Notes: generated by a model not told the origin, from the sequence alone. Counted from the stretch's first letter, positions 23,054 through 33,288 are shown. The stretch: DNA of 39,410 nucleotides from an uncultured Pseudomonadales bacterium (GCA_964541175.1 CAZIPD010000004.1:1-39410); one strand, 5' to 3'. A program made the numbers and translations.

Positions 23054-24229
23054 CTATTTATTCCTCAAGAAAGCCGGGATGTCCAGGTCGTCCTCTACGG
23101 CGACTTCTTCGTGCTGGATCTTGTATTTGCCTCTTAAGGGAGAGGTGGTGGGTTGTTCATCCACAACATCGGGGGTAACTGGTGAGGATAGATCCGTTTG
23201 AGGAGCTTGAGTGGGAGGAGTGCTCCGGTAGAAACTGCTGGTCTGACTGACGGGAGAGTAATGGCGTCGAAGATCGTCGAACCCTGCGGCGATGACGGAA
23301 ATCTGAATGTCATCTCCCATGTCTTCTCTTATGGTGGCCCCGAAAATGATATTGGCGTCGGGATCGGCTTGCTGGGTGATGATAGTGGCGGCATCGTTGA
23401 CCTCGCTCATGGTGAGATTTTTTCCACCGGTGATATTAAAGAGAATCCCGCGAGCACCATCAATGCTGATTTCAAGAAGTGGAGAGCTAACAGCGGCTGT
23501 TGCGGCCGTAAGAGCGCGTTTCTCGCCCGAAGCACGACCAATTCCCATGAGGGCAGAACCGGCATTGAGCATGACGGACTTAACATCGGCAAAGTCAACA
23601 TTTACAAGACCGGGGAGGGTGATGAGATCGGAGATGCTTTGGACTCCTTGACCGAGTATAGAGTCGGCCATTCTAAAAGCGTCCAGCAATGATTGATCTT
23701 TCTTTATTACGTCGAGCAGTCTTTGGTTGGGAATGACGATCAGGGTATCGACGACGTCTTTTAGACGATCAACACCTTCTTCGGCTTGAACTCGGCGGCG
23801 AGAGCCTTCAAAGAGAAATGGTTTGGTAACGACGGCGACCGTGAGAGCTCCGATTTCTTTTCTGGCAATTTCAGCAATGACAGGGGCGGCGCCGGTACCT
23901 GTTCCCCCACCTTCTCCGGCGGTGATAAAGACCATGTCTGCACCTGCTAGGACTTCTTTGATACGTTCACGAGATTCTTCGGCGGCGGCTTGTCCCATAT
24001 CGGGGTTGGCGCCAGATCCTAAACCTTTGGTACTTTTTTCTCCGATCTGAAGCTTGACATCGGCATCGGAGTTGAGGAGCGCCTGCATGTCGGTGTTAAC
24101 GGCAATAAATTCAACTCCCTTTATTTTTCCGGATGAAATCATGGAGTTGACCGCATTGTTGCCGCCTCCTCCGATCCCCAAGACTTTGATCTTGGCGAAT
24201 GTATTTGTGTCTGGTTTTATGAGCCCCAC
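23054..24229 (-). CDS. ftsZ: Cell division GTPase FtsZ
   Basis: [13 protein letters not shown], the tubulin signature [16 protein letters not shown], and a C-terminal linker plus the conserved tail [11 protein letters not shown]. The start codon is GTG, 2 nt after the ftsA stop. Confidence 0.97.
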   Translation of the reverse strand: MGLIKPDTNTFAKIKVLGIGGGGNNAVNSMISSGKIKGVEFIAVNTDMQALLNSDADVKLQIGEKSTKGLGSGANPDMGQAAAEESRERIKEVLAGADMVFITAGEGGGTGTGAAPVIAEIARKEIGALTVAVVTKPFLFEGSRRRVQAEEGVDRLKDVVDTLIVIPNQRLLDVIKKDQSLLDAFRMADSILGQGVQSISDLITLPGLVNVDFADVKSVMLNAGSALMGIGRASGEKRALTAATAAVSSPLLEISIDGARGILFNITGGKNLTMSEVNDAATIITQQADPDANIIFGATIREDMGDDIQISVIAAGFDDLRRHYSPVSQTSSFYRSTPPTQAPQTDLSSPVTPDVVDEQPTTSPLRGKYKIQHEEVAVEDDLDIPAFLRNK

Positions 24230-24231
24230 TT

Positions 24232-25500
24232 TTAAGGTAAAAATGATTTGATAAATTCAAGAGCTTTCCCTGCTACATCCCTTCCGGGAACTTTCTTGAA
24301 TATACCAGAGAGTTTAGCACCTCCTGTGGAATTTTGGGGTCTTTGTTTGTAACCGTAAAGCACTAAGCCTACTGCCGCTGCGTATATTGGTGAACTTACT
24401 TCGTCTACAATTCCGGAGAGCCCGGTTGGGACACCAATACGGGGAGGTAATTGTAGGACGCGACGACAAGACTCCGCGGCTCCTACGGTGAGAGCTCCGC
24501 CACCGGTGAGGACGACTCCTGCCGGAGTTTGATCTTCGAGACCGGCCTTTTTGAGAACGTCTCTAATCATGCCGAAAATTTCATTGAGTCTGGGTCTTAT
24601 GATGCCTTCAGTGATGGCCTTGCGCGATCCGGTCTTTAGATGATCTTCTCTAATGCCCAGCTTTTCGAAATCAATTTCATCGGAAAGTTTTTCCTCACGA
24701 TCTTCTTTGGATTTGGAAAGAAAATGCTTAATCCTTTCGGCGGTATCGATGGATGAGGTAAGTCCGATGGCGATATCGTCGGTGATCTTCCTGGCTCCTA
24801 CGGGGATAACGGCGGAGTAGCAGCAAGCTCCTTCAATGAAGATACTGATGCTGGTGGTCCCGGCGCCGATATCCGCCAAGACGACACCAAGTTCTTTTTC
24901 AGTTTCAGTTAAGACCGATTGTGATGAGGCAAGACCGGTAAATACTTGACCGGCGACATTGATACCAAGATCACTGACACAGCGTGTGACATTCTTAATT
25001 GCAGGTGATAGACCGGTGACAAGATGAGCTTCGGTTTCAAGGCGGACTCCGGACATTCCTGTTGGATCCTTAATACCTCTTTGACTATCAACGATAAATT
25101 CTCTGGGTAAGACATGAATTATTTCTCTGGCTGTAGGCTGAGAGATGGCTCTGGCAGCTTCGATGACGCGATAGATGTCGTCTTCGCCGATTTCTCCTTC
25201 GGACTCGGTGATAGCCACAAGACCCTGGCTGTTCTGGGACTGGATATGATCACCGTTGATGGAAACAAATGCTTGTTCGATATTGAAACCGGCCATTCTT
25301 TCGGCGGATTCAACACAGTCGGAGATCGAGCTAACGGCTTCTTCGATATTGACGATCTGACCTTTTTTCACTCCCCTACTGGGAACTGTAGCGGCTCCGA
25401 CGAGATTGATCTTTTCCTCTTCTTGAGAAGGGACCGTGATGAGACATGTAATTTTTCCTGATCCTATGTCGATTGAGTTTACTCCAGCAGGTTTTGCCAT
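24232..25500 (-). CDS. ftsA: Cell division protein FtsA
   Basis: Actin-fold phosphate motifs [11 protein letters not shown] and [13 protein letters not shown], plus VLTGGGA. Confidence 0.9.
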   Translation of the reverse strand: MAKPAGVNSIDIGSGKITCLITVPSQEEEKINLVGAATVPSRGVKKGQIVNIEEAVSSISDCVESAERMAGFNIEQAFVSINGDHIQSQNSQGLVAITESEGEIGEDDIYRVIEAARAISQPTAREIIHVLPREFIVDSQRGIKDPTGMSGVRLETEAHLVTGLSPAIKNVTRCVSDLGINVAGQVFTGLASSQSVLTETEKELGVVLADIGAGTTSISIFIEGACCYSAVIPVGARKITDDIAIGLTSSIDTAERIKHFLSKSKEDREEKLSDEIDFEKLGIREDHLKTGSRKAITEGIIRPRLNEIFGMIRDVLKKAGLEDQTPAGVVLTGGGALTVGAAESCRRVLQLPPRIGVPTGLSGIVDEVSSPIYAAAVGLVLYGYKQRPQNSTGGAKLSGIFKKVPGRDVAGKALEFIKSFLP

Positions 25501-25503
25501 AAA

Positions 25504-26343
25504 TTATTTTATGATCGGGTGTTTAAAGCTAAGGTTTAGTACCCGTGCATCTTTCTTGATTGTAACTAGATAATCTAATGATTGCAAAGACATTTCGACA
25601 TTACTAAGTGTCGAGTCTGCATAAACAATAATATCAGGAAGATTTTCCTGACTCAAGAACAACCTATCATTGAGAATATATATCTGAGGGTTTTCCAGAT
25701 AACGGAGCGCCAGAGTAATGATCCTATACATCTTGGTGAGGTGATCTTCCGAAGGGATCTTGGTATAGAAAAGTTTTACCTGTCCCGACCCGGTTGATAT
25801 ATCCGGAGTCAGAGTACCGTTTTCCCAGATCTTCTGCGGGCTCCCTTCGAGGGACTCGCCAAATTGGCGGATCTCGGAAACCGGTCGTCTCCATTCCGCC
25901 GATTCGGTAGAAGTGGCAAAAATATCGAGGGAAAGATTTGGTAGTTCTTGAACTTGATAGACCTGGAGAGGATAGGCTTCTTGAACTCCACTAAGACGAA
26001 CCACAAGAGTATTCGGATATGAAAAGTTGAGTTCTAGAGAGTCCACGGGAAACAACTGCTCGATCGCCCAGGTAAGTTCCTTTTTGTTGACAATAAAATA
26101 GTTGGTGTCCGTCAGATGGTAGAGGACCCCTTCAATCTCCCTGGGACAGACCCTGTCGTTGACCGCACACTTTATCTGATGGATGGTAAGAGCCTGCTTC
26201 CCGACCACAATTACTAAAAGCAAAACTAAAATGGCGGGAATAATTTTTAGGAACGGTCCGATCGACTGGAAAGTTGTTTTAAACTTGCGAGCTTTGAGCC
26301 TAGACGTATTGATGGATGATCGAGATGATCTTTTTAGTAGCAT
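25504..26343 (-). CDS. ftsQ: FtsQ/DivIB-like bitopic division protein
   Basis: Basic N-terminus, a single TM helix (IIPAILVLLLVIVV), then a POTRA-like segment. It occupies the conserved position between murG and ftsA. Sequence similarity was judged by eye only. Confidence 0.6.
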   Translation of the reverse strand: MLLKRSSRSSINTSRLKARKFKTTFQSIGPFLKIIPAILVLLLVIVVGKQALTIHQIKCAVNDRVCPREIEGVLYHLTDTNYFIVNKKELTWAIEQLFPVDSLELNFSYPNTLVVRLSGVQEAYPLQVYQVQELPNLSLDIFATSTESAEWRRPVSEIRQFGESLEGSPQKIWENGTLTPDISTGSGQVKLFYTKIPSEDHLTKMYRIITLALRYLENPQIYILNDRLFLSQENLPDIIVYADSTLSNVEMSLQSLDYLVTIKKDARVLNLSFKHPIIK

Positions 26344-27370
26344 CTGTCGGTAGTTTTACACTGGATATGACCTTGGGTGATTTACCCAATTCAATGATAG
26401 CGTTTAATAGAGATTCCGACGTGAGATCTTTCTCTTCGAGGATAAGACTACCGGTATTTTGAGCCACCAACTTGGCGTTGAGAAGCTGTTCGTTGTGGGA
26501 GACCCAAGGAATGGGAATGAGAACGGCTTTTTTCCCCAAGACCATAAGCTCGTAACTATTATGAGCACCGGAGCGGCTAATAATTATTTTTGCCGACCTG
26601 AGGTATGTAGCCGCTTCGTCGGAGAAGAAATATGGAGCATATACGTATCTATCACTCAAGTCTCCCAATTTTTCTTTGAGGCGACGGGCTTTTTCAAGAT
26701 CTTTGTAAACCGTATTGGCGCCTGTCTGGTGAATGATGGTGTACCTTTTGATCAGTTGAGGAATTATGGGGAAGACCACCTGATTAATGATGTGGGATCC
26801 TTGTTTTCCGCAAGTGATATAGAGGAGAGGAGGGGTAAAGCTTTTAGTATATTTACCGGAGAGAAGTTGTTGGCGAATCGGTAGTCCGACAACCACCGAC
26901 TTTCCCTTGGGATAGTTTATTGAGGATGATTCGTGAGTAAGGAGGATCTTTTTGACGAAGGGAGCAATGGCTTTATTGGCCATACCGGCGATCACCGTCT
27001 GCTCATGAGTGATCGAGGGAATCCTAAAAACCCAACCCATGATGACTATGGGGACCGAGAGATAACCTCCTGAGGAGAAAATCAGGGAAGGTCTGTATTT
27101 GAGGAGATAAAGCGTAGCCTGGAGAAAACCGAAGATGATCTTTAGCCATTCGAAGGTACCGAATTTTTTATAGAATTTTCCTGTCTTCAGTTCTAGAAAC
27201 TTGATGTTGGAGTTTGTTACTTCGTGATACTCGGCAGAGAGGCTCTTGTCTCCCGAGGCGGTGAACTTATGACCAAACCAAATTAATGGATAACCCATTT
27301 TTTTGAGTTCTTTAGCGACTACGAGGGCGCTGTTGTGATGGCCTCCGGTAAAGGCGATTGTCGGTTTCAT
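26300..27370 (-). CDS. murG: Lipid II synthase MurG (UDP-GlcNAc:lipid I GlcNAc transferase)
   Basis: A variant N-terminal G-loop FTGGHHNSALVVAKEL, and the C-terminal segment SRSGAHNSYELMVLGKKAVLIPIP. It sits in the dcw context. Confidence 0.85.
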   Translation of the reverse strand: MKPTIAFTGGHHNSALVVAKELKKMGYPLIWFGHKFTASGDKSLSAEYHEVTNSNIKFLELKTGKFYKKFGTFEWLKIIFGFLQATLYLLKYRPSLIFSSGGYLSVPIVIMGWVFRIPSITHEQTVIAGMANKAIAPFVKKILLTHESSSINYPKGKSVVVGLPIRQQLLSGKYTKSFTPPLLYITCGKQGSHIINQVVFPIIPQLIKRYTIIHQTGANTVYKDLEKARRLKEKLGDLSDRYVYAPYFFSDEAATYLRSAKIIISRSGAHNSYELMVLGKKAVLIPIPWVSHNEQLLNAKLVAQNTGSLILEEKDLTSESLLNAIIELGKSPKVISSVKLPTDATKKIISIIHQYV

Positions 27371-28494
27371 AATTTTTTAGCTACATTTGCGAGTAACCCA
27401 AGACTAAGGAAGTTGGTGACCAGTGATGAGCCTCCGTAGGAAATGAAGGGCAGGGGAACTCCGGTGAGGGGCATGATCGCGGTCATCGCGCTCAGGTTAA
27501 CGAATATTTGTGTCAAAAAGAGGAGAGAAACTCCACTTGAGAGTAGTTTATCAAATCTATCGGTCGTTTTTGCGGCAATGTTCAGACTTGCCAGGCACAA
27601 AGCGACCAATCCAAGGATGACCACGGCGCCACCGATGAAGCCAAATTCTTCAGCGATGATGACGAAGATCGAGTCGGTGGTGGCTTCAGGAAGGTAAGCA
27701 AACTTTTGTCGGGACTGCCCCAGACCGACGCCTGTTAGACCGCCGGAGCCAAGACCGTAGAGGATCTGATTAATGTGATAGGAAGCTCCCAGAGGATCCG
27801 AGGTTGGATCCATGTAGGTTTTAAGGCGATTGAGTCTGTAGGGGGAAGCCAGAACAAGAATGGACATGACCACTCCGAGCAGGAGCATAAAGATGGAGAT
27901 ATCTTTGAGATTGGCACCGGAGAGAAAATACATAATGAAGCAGGTGCCAACAATGATCACACCCGTTCCCAAATCCGGTTGAAGCATGACAAGACCCAGA
28001 CAGAGACCAAGAAGGGCCAAAAAATGCTGCAGACTTCGCTGTATTTCCAACCAACGTGCCAGGTAAAGCACGAGGGCAATTTTGATCAACTCGGACGGTT
28101 GGATGACAATCGGCCCCAGAACTATCCAACGTCTGGCACCAAGAAATTTAGATCCAATCCCGGGAATGAGGACCACTACCATGAGGAAAAGGCAGACCAG
28201 CAAAAAAATGTGTGAGTATTTTTTTAAAATACTTAGAGGGAAGGCGGCAGTGACAAGGGCAGTAACTATTCCTAGAAGCAACCAAACTCCTTGTTGTTTT
28301 ACAAAATGGAATTTGTCGGAAAAATCTTTGTAGCCTTCGACGACCGAAGCATCGTAGATGGCGAGCAAACCAAACAGAGCCAGAAGCACTCCACCAAATA
28401 TTATGGTGAGGGCAAGTCTGGATTTTTTTGGGGAGGCAGGTCTCACCTTCTTAGATAACGGCGAGCCAGATACCAAAGACAACGCACATGACAC
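27367..28494 (-). CDS. ftsW: SEDS-family division protein FtsW
   Basis: QPDLGTG, EATTDSIFVIIAEEFGF and PLTGVPLPFISYGGSS. A GTG at 28446 would remove the 44-nt overlap with mraY. Confidence 0.85.
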   Translation of the reverse strand: MSCALSLVSGSPLSKKVRPASPKKSRLALTIIFGGVLLALFGLLAIYDASVVEGYKDFSDKFHFVKQQGVWLLLGIVTALVTAAFPLSILKKYSHIFLLVCLFLMVVVLIPGIGSKFLGARRWIVLGPIVIQPSELIKIALVLYLARWLEIQRSLQHFLALLGLCLGLVMLQPDLGTGVIIVGTCFIMYFLSGANLKDISIFMLLLGVVMSILVLASPYRLNRLKTYMDPTSDPLGASYHINQILYGLGSGGLTGVGLGQSRQKFAYLPEATTDSIFVIIAEEFGFIGGAVVILGLVALCLASLNIAAKTTDRFDKLLSSGVSLLFLTQIFVNLSAMTAIMPLTGVPLPFISYGGSSLVTNFLSLGLLANVAKKL

Positions 28495-29476
28495 CTATAA
28501 GCCAGGAACGTTGGACAATTTTTGGTTCGGTCCAGCCTATTTTTAATAGCCAGTAGTGGAGAGGGGCGATGGGAAATAGTCTTCTCTTGAGTATCTTGAC
28601 CGAAGCGATCTGTAGAAGGGAACTAAAACCGTCGACCAAGAAGGGAAAACCGACGATGAGAAGGGCAACTACTTTTCCGGTGAGCAAGCCAACGGTGGCA
28701 AAAGCTGCGCCAAAAGCGAGAGCGCCGACGTCCCCCATGAAGATACGGGCGGGAAAAACATTAAAGTAGAGAAAGGCAATCAGACCACCCAACCAAAGAG
28801 CGATGAATACCGAGAGCGGTACGTCGAGTATGGCGGCGGAGAGCATGAGGAAACCGAAGAGGGAGATCATCAACAAACCGCCCGCCAGGCCATCCATGCC
28901 GTCGGTGATATTTACGGCGTTGGCGAAGGTAACAATAATGAAAGCGGCTATGGGAATAAATAAGACGCCGAAGTGAACGACTCCCAGGAACGGAAAGTGG
29001 ATGATATCAATTCCGAGGTTGACATACATCATGGCACCGATGGTAAGGCCAAGGATGAATTGGATAATGAATTTATGAGATGTCCTCAAACCGGCATAGC
29101 CTTCTTCTCTTGCCAGTTCAAAAAACTTGACGACGTCGTCGTAAAGTCCCAGGAGACCGAAGGAGAGGAAGGTAAAGAAAATAATATTGATCTCGTCGTT
29201 AATGGGATAGACGTGAGTGATCTCAAATCCAAGTTTCCTTAAGAGCGGAATGGATATGGCAAATATTAAACTGGTGATGACCAGGATAAGCAGACCACCA
29301 CCCTCCGGAGTTCTGGCTTTTGACTTGATGTGCATTGAAGCTTCATCTTTCTTGTCCTCGGCTATAGCTGTCTTTCTTTTGAAGAAGCGAAGCTGATAGA
29401 GAAAATTAACGAAGGGAATGATGGCTAGTGAATGTACGAGGAAGGAAAGAAGGAGGAGTCCGAGTAGTAAACCCAT
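28451..29476 (-). CDS. mraY: Phospho-N-acetylmuramoyl-pentapeptide transferase MraY
   Basis: The motif NAVNITDGMDGLAGG and 10 TM helices. The C-terminal segment is PLHYWLLKIGW. Confidence 0.95.
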   Translation of the reverse strand: MGLLLGLLLLSFLVHSLAIIPFVNFLYQLRFFKRKTAIAEDKKDEASMHIKSKARTPEGGGLLILVITSLIFAISIPLLRKLGFEITHVYPINDEINIIFFTFLSFGLLGLYDDVVKFFELAREEGYAGLRTSHKFIIQFILGLTIGAMMYVNLGIDIIHFPFLGVVHFGVLFIPIAAFIIVTFANAVNITDGMDGLAGGLLMISLFGFLMLSAAILDVPLSVFIALWLGGLIAFLYFNVFPARIFMGDVGALAFGAAFATVGLLTGKVVALLIVGFPFLVDGFSSLLQIASVKILKRRLFPIAPLHYWLLKIGWTEPKIVQRSWLIGVMCVVFGIWLAVI

Positions 29477-29477
29477 A

Positions 29478-29843
29478 CTAGAGTGCTAAGAATTTTGGTA
29501 AAAAGATGTACATGCCGATGATGACTGATGACAGAGCGCTAATGAGGACCATACCGGCGGAAACATCCTTGGCGATCTTGGCGTCCTCTCGACGCTCAAG
29601 GGTGATCAGATCGACCATGGATTCTATGGAGGTATTGACCATCTCGGCAACGATAACCATGTTAAAAGTGAATAGAATTACCAGCCACTCGATGTAGCTG
29701 ATCTCGAAGTATATGCCTGCCATGATGACGGAAACTGCGGCGATTGTATGGAATCGGAAGTTGGGTTGGGTGCTTAGGGTATGCCAAATGCCGTCGAGAG
29801 CGTGCTTAAAAGAGACTGTGTGTCTTCTGATTCGTGTAAGCAT
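29478..29843 (-). CDS. dgkA: DgkA-family lipid kinase (diacylglycerol / undecaprenol kinase)
   Basis: 121 aa with three TM helices. FKHALDGIWH...AEMVNTSIESMVDLI...AKDVSAGMVL matches DgkA family motifs. The stop codon is 1 nt from the mraY start. Confidence 0.8.
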   Translation of the reverse strand: MLTRIRRHTVSFKHALDGIWHTLSTQPNFRFHTIAAVSVIMAGIYFEISYIEWLVILFTFNMVIVAEMVNTSIESMVDLITLERREDAKIAKDVSAGMVLISALSSVIIGMYIFLPKFLAL

Positions 29844-29870
29844 TGTATTTATTTTAATCTTAGCCGGCTG

Positions 29871-31550
29871 TTAAAGCAAAAGGCTTTTGGCGATGCTAAA
29901 CCAGAGAGGAGCGGCGGTCTCGGATCCCCAAGGAGAAGTTTGCGGTTCTTTGAGGGTAACGAGCATGGTGTACTGAGGATCATCGGCGGGGAAAAAGCCG
30001 ACGAAACTGGCGATGGTTTTTTCCGGATCGTAGTGTCCTTCAATTGGGATCTGGGCAGTACCGGTTTTCCCCGCCACCAAAAGTCCTTTGGGTTTTGCCC
30101 ATTTGGCCTCACCTTTCTCTACCGCTTGGATCATCACTCTGGTGATCTGAGCCACCGCTTCGGGTGAGTATATGTTGGAGACTTTTTCCGATTTTGTGCC
30201 CTCAATAACAGTGGGGGTTAGATATTCGCCTTTGTTTGCCAGAGTGTTGACGGCGGCGATCATCTGGATGGGGGTGACGGCAATACCTTGACCAAATGAT
30301 TCGGTGGCCAGATCGATATCACCAAATTGATTGGCCGTTCTTATTTGACCGGAGACTTCTTCTTGAAGTTCAATACCCGTTTTCTTACCGAAGCCGAGTT
30401 TGGAGAGGTAGTCGGCAAATTTTTCTTTACCAAGTTTAAAACCGACAAAGGCCATCCCGGTGTTGTCCGAGTTAATGATGACGTCGGTCATGGTGGAGTT
30501 GGGATGGTATTCTTCGTTCCAGGTCTTTATGGTGAACTTGCCAATGGTCAGAGGTTTGTGACAGATGTCACAGATGGTTTCCGGAGTGATTACTTTTTCA
30601 TTGAACCCGGCCGCCATGATGAGAACTTTGAAGATGGATCCCGGTTCAAAAAGAGCCGAGACGTTGGGGTTTTTAAAATAGCTTTGGTCGTATTGAGAAA
30701 AATCCGAGGGATCGTAGTTGGGGAAAGAGGCCATGGCCCTGACTTTACCGGTAGTTGATTCCATGATGATGACGTTCCCGGCGGAAGCTTGATATTTTTC
30801 GAGTCCCTCCTTGAGGGAGTTTTCGGCGATGTATTGAATTTTTTTGTCGATAGTTGTTTGGATGGGTTTGCCTTCGACGGAGTGAAGGAATTGATAATCC
30901 CCTACCAAGATGGGATTTCCTTTGGCATCCTTTTCTGTACGGATCTTGCCCGAGCGGCCTCTTAATTTCCTATCGAAATAGCCTTCGATTCCGAAATATC
31001 CTTGTTCTTCACCGGCGATATCCTGGCCAACGAAGCCGAGGACGTGGGCCGACATGCTGGCCTCGGGATAGTAGCGAACATATTCGTCTTCAAATCCAAT
31101 ACCCAAGATCTCTTGCTTCTTGATACTTTCCATTTCCTCGGAGGTGAGATAGTGTTTGAGCGATATCCAGTTACTTTGCAGACCGAGACGTTTGAGCAAG
31201 TAGGTTCTCATATCACCCTCGAGAGTACTTTCCGGGTCGGGTTTGAGATTTAGAGCGAGTTTCTCGATCAGTTCAACTTCGGATATTTCCAGTTGTGGTT
31301 TGTAGACGAAGAGATGAAAGAGATTTTTTGTTCCGGCCAAGACATTGCCCTCGGAATCGGTGATGTCACCTCTCTTGGCCAAGAGGAGAGAAACGGTTTG
31401 GTGTTGACGGGCGGCTTTTGTTTGTAGTTCCGGACCACGGATCATTTGCCAGTAGAAAAGTCTTGTGAGAAGACCGAGGGTGAGGATAGGGATCAGGACA
31501 ATAATAGTCCTTAATCGTTTTTGTGTGAGATTAAAAGCGGCGGGCGGCAT
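29871..31550 (-). CDS. ftsI: Class B penicillin-binding protein / division transpeptidase FtsI
   Basis: N-terminal TM anchor, SxxK (GSIFKV), SxN (NSDNTG) and KTG (GKTGTA). Confidence 0.9.
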   Translation of the reverse strand: MPPAAFNLTQKRLRTIIVLIPILTLGLLTRLFYWQMIRGPELQTKAARQHQTVSLLLAKRGDITDSEGNVLAGTKNLFHLFVYKPQLEISEVELIEKLALNLKPDPESTLEGDMRTYLLKRLGLQSNWISLKHYLTSEEMESIKKQEILGIGFEDEYVRYYPEASMSAHVLGFVGQDIAGEEQGYFGIEGYFDRKLRGRSGKIRTEKDAKGNPILVGDYQFLHSVEGKPIQTTIDKKIQYIAENSLKEGLEKYQASAGNVIIMESTTGKVRAMASFPNYDPSDFSQYDQSYFKNPNVSALFEPGSIFKVLIMAAGFNEKVITPETICDICHKPLTIGKFTIKTWNEEYHPNSTMTDVIINSDNTGMAFVGFKLGKEKFADYLSKLGFGKKTGIELQEEVSGQIRTANQFGDIDLATESFGQGIAVTPIQMIAAVNTLANKGEYLTPTVIEGTKSEKVSNIYSPEAVAQITRVMIQAVEKGEAKWAKPKGLLVAGKTGTAQIPIEGHYDPEKTIASFVGFFPADDPQYTMLVTLKEPQTSPWGSETAAPLWFSIAKSLLL

Positions 31551-31561
31551 TATTTAGTCTA

Positions 31562-31870
31562 TTAGCGCAAGGCGGTGGTCGGAGGGGTGGGCATAAAGAC
31601 TATATCACGTGCTTTGAGAAAACCTCTTGTTTTGGCTAGGGCGGATGTTTCTTTGAGGTTAGCTATTTCTTCGATCTTGACCTTTAACTGTTCATTTTCC
31701 GACTCCAGCTCGAGGGTTTTTATTTCCAGGTCATTGACAGCAAACCCTTGTGTTGCCAGGGCATTGGTGCCGATCAGGTTGATGGCGATGAGAACTCCCA
31801 GAGCGGCAAATGATATGCCGTAGGTAAGTTTGTTATTTAGTATTCTTTCTAGCGAGTCTAAGTTTGGCAC
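31562..31870 (-). CDS. ftsL: FtsL-like small bitopic coiled-coil protein
   Basis: 102 aa with a single TM helix (GISFAALGVLIAINLIG), followed by a heptad-like LEIKTLELESENEQLKVKIEEI. It sits between rsmH and ftsI. Confidence 0.6.
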   Translation of the reverse strand: MPNLDSLERILNNKLTYGISFAALGVLIAINLIGTNALATQGFAVNDLEIKTLELESENEQLKVKIEEIANLKETSALAKTRGFLKARDIVFMPTPPTTALR

Positions 31871-32759
31871 TGCGGGTACGAGAACTAATTTTTAATTCTT
31901 CTGTCGAAGGTGTTAATGGTTTTTTATTAATAGCGCTAAGTAAGTTTGTTTCTTCGGCTTCTTTGATGAAGTTCTTGACGATCCTGTCTTCACCGGAGTG
32001 GAAACTGATCACTCCCAAGATCCCGTTGTCTTTTAGAATTCCGGGGAGTTGAGGGAGCAGCTCTTGGATGACTTCTCTTTCCAAGTTGACTGCCATTCTA
32101 AGGGCCATAAAGGCTTGGGTAGCGGGATGGACTTTTCCATGGCGTCCGCCTTTGACTCTTAGTATTAAATCGGCGAGTTGTTTGGTGGTGGTGATCGGGG
32201 TCTGCTGACGATATTTAACGATGGCTTTGGCGATCGGGCGGGAGTAGGACTCGTCCCCTAATAGAAGTAGAGACGATAATTCGCCTTCGTTTAAGGCATT
32301 GACCAGATCGGAGGCTTTAACGCCGAGTTCCGGTGACAGTCGCATATCCAGAGGTTCTTCCGTCAGGAAACTAAATCCCCTTTCGGGTGAGAGAACTTGG
32401 AATTGACTGGGCCCCAGGTCGACCATGACGGCATCTGCTTGAGGAAGGTTAAATTTGGTGAAGTACTCCCCAATTTTTACAAAGTTATCGTTGATGATCA
32501 ACCACTGAAAGTTCTCGGGAACTGCCGTCGTTTCGGATGAAATGACGATCGGTGTGTGAGAGGTGACAAATGAAGTGGCTCTTGTTATGGCTTGTGGGTC
32601 AACGTCAAAACTAATTACTTTACAGCCTGTTTCGAGAGCTTCCTGGGTATGTCCTCCGTCTCCGAGGGTAAGATCATAAAAAACTTTTCCTTTTGAAAGT
32701 TCGAAGAGTTTTTTAATCTCGCCTCTGTAGGCTGAGAAGTGGCGGGGTGTGTCTGTCAT
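31833..32759 (-). CDS. rsmH: 16S rRNA (cytosine1402-N4)-methyltransferase RsmH (MraW)
   Basis: DLTLGDGGHT, DLGPSQFQ and ISFHSGEDRIVK. Confidence 0.95.
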   Translation of the reverse strand: MTDTPRHFSAYRGEIKKLFELSKGKVFYDLTLGDGGHTQEALETGCKVISFDVDPQAITRATSFVTSHTPIVISSETTAVPENFQWLIINDNFVKIGEYFTKFNLPQADAVMVDLGPSQFQVLSPERGFSFLTEEPLDMRLSPELGVKASDLVNALNEGELSSLLLLGDESYSRPIAKAIVKYRQQTPITTTKQLADLILRVKGGRHGKVHPATQAFMALRMAVNLEREVIQELLPQLPGILKDNGILGVISFHSGEDRIVKNFIKEAEETNLLSAINKKPLTPSTEELKISSRTRSAKLRLARKNTK

Positions 32760-33184
32760 ATACCTAGATCTGAGATTATTGAATCCGTATTTGCTTGTTG
32801 CGCTATTAAGTCAAAGTGCTGGTGGTAGAGGTCACGATCCCAGATCTCAACCCTGGTTAGGGCTCCAGCTATCACCACCTGTTTTTTTAGCTGAGCTTGT
32901 TGTCTTAAGTGATCGGGAAGAAGTGTTCTTCCTTGGTTGTCCAGATTTAATGGCTGGGCTGATTGAATCAATAGTCGGGTGAAATTCCTGGCTTGAGGAT
33001 TGGTCATTGGTAGCGAGGCCAACTTCTCGGAGAGCTTCTGCCAGAATGATCCCGGGAAAAGAAATAGACATCCATCCAGTCCCCAGGTCATGACGCCATC
33101 TGATGCCAGTTCCTCCCTGTAAGACACGGGTATGGCCAATCTCCCCTTGGTTTCGATTGTGTGGTAGTAACGTCCAATAAACAT
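32756..33184 (-). CDS. mraZ: Transcriptional regulator MraZ
   Basis: MFIGRYYHTIETKGRLAIPVSYREEL and a second SpoVT/AbrB-like repeat LDNQGRTLLP. It is the first gene of the dcw cluster. Confidence 0.9.
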   Translation of the reverse strand: MFIGRYYHTIETKGRLAIPVSYREELASDGVMTWGLDGCLFLFPGSFWQKLSEKLASLPMTNPQARNFTRLLIQSAQPLNLDNQGRTLLPDHLRQQAQLKKQVVIAGALTRVEIWDRDLYHQHFDLIAQQANTDSIISDLGI

Positions 33185-33222
33185 AGTTCATAGGGCAGGC
33201 TTATTAAGTGATGTGTATTTTT

Positions 33223-33288
33223 ACTATACAGGATAATTCACCACTTGTCACCACTTTCCAGTATGATATAGAAAATATTGCATGTCAA
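33223..33288 (-). promoter_or_regulatory. mraZ/dcw promoter region with two candidate promoters
   Basis: P1 is TTGACA (33288..33283)-17 nt-CATACT (33265..33260). P2 is GTGACA (33251..33246)-17 nt-TATAGT (33228..33223), with TG immediately upstream. The repeats lie just downstream of the P1 -10, and overlap the P2 -35 and spacer. Confidence 0.45.
33238..33256 (-). repeat. Two phased direct repeats AAGTGGTGA (10-bp period): candidate MraZ operator
   Basis: The plus strand has TCACCACTT at 33238-33246 and again at 33248-33256. The repeats contain the GTGG(T/G) core known from MraZ boxes. Confidence 0.55.

Noticed and set aside
26300-26343. Unusually long same-strand gene overlaps: 44 nt for murG/ftsQ, 44 nt for mraY/ftsW at 28451-28494, 44 nt for ATPase/permease at 17397-17440, and 38 nt for rsmH/ftsL at 31833-31870. 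These were considered as possible programmed frameshift or coupling signals.
   Set aside because: Downstream alternative starts (GTG at 28446, ATG at 17404) remove two of them. The rest are compatible with longest-ORF over-extension or ordinary overlap in a compact genome. No slippery heptamers were seen.
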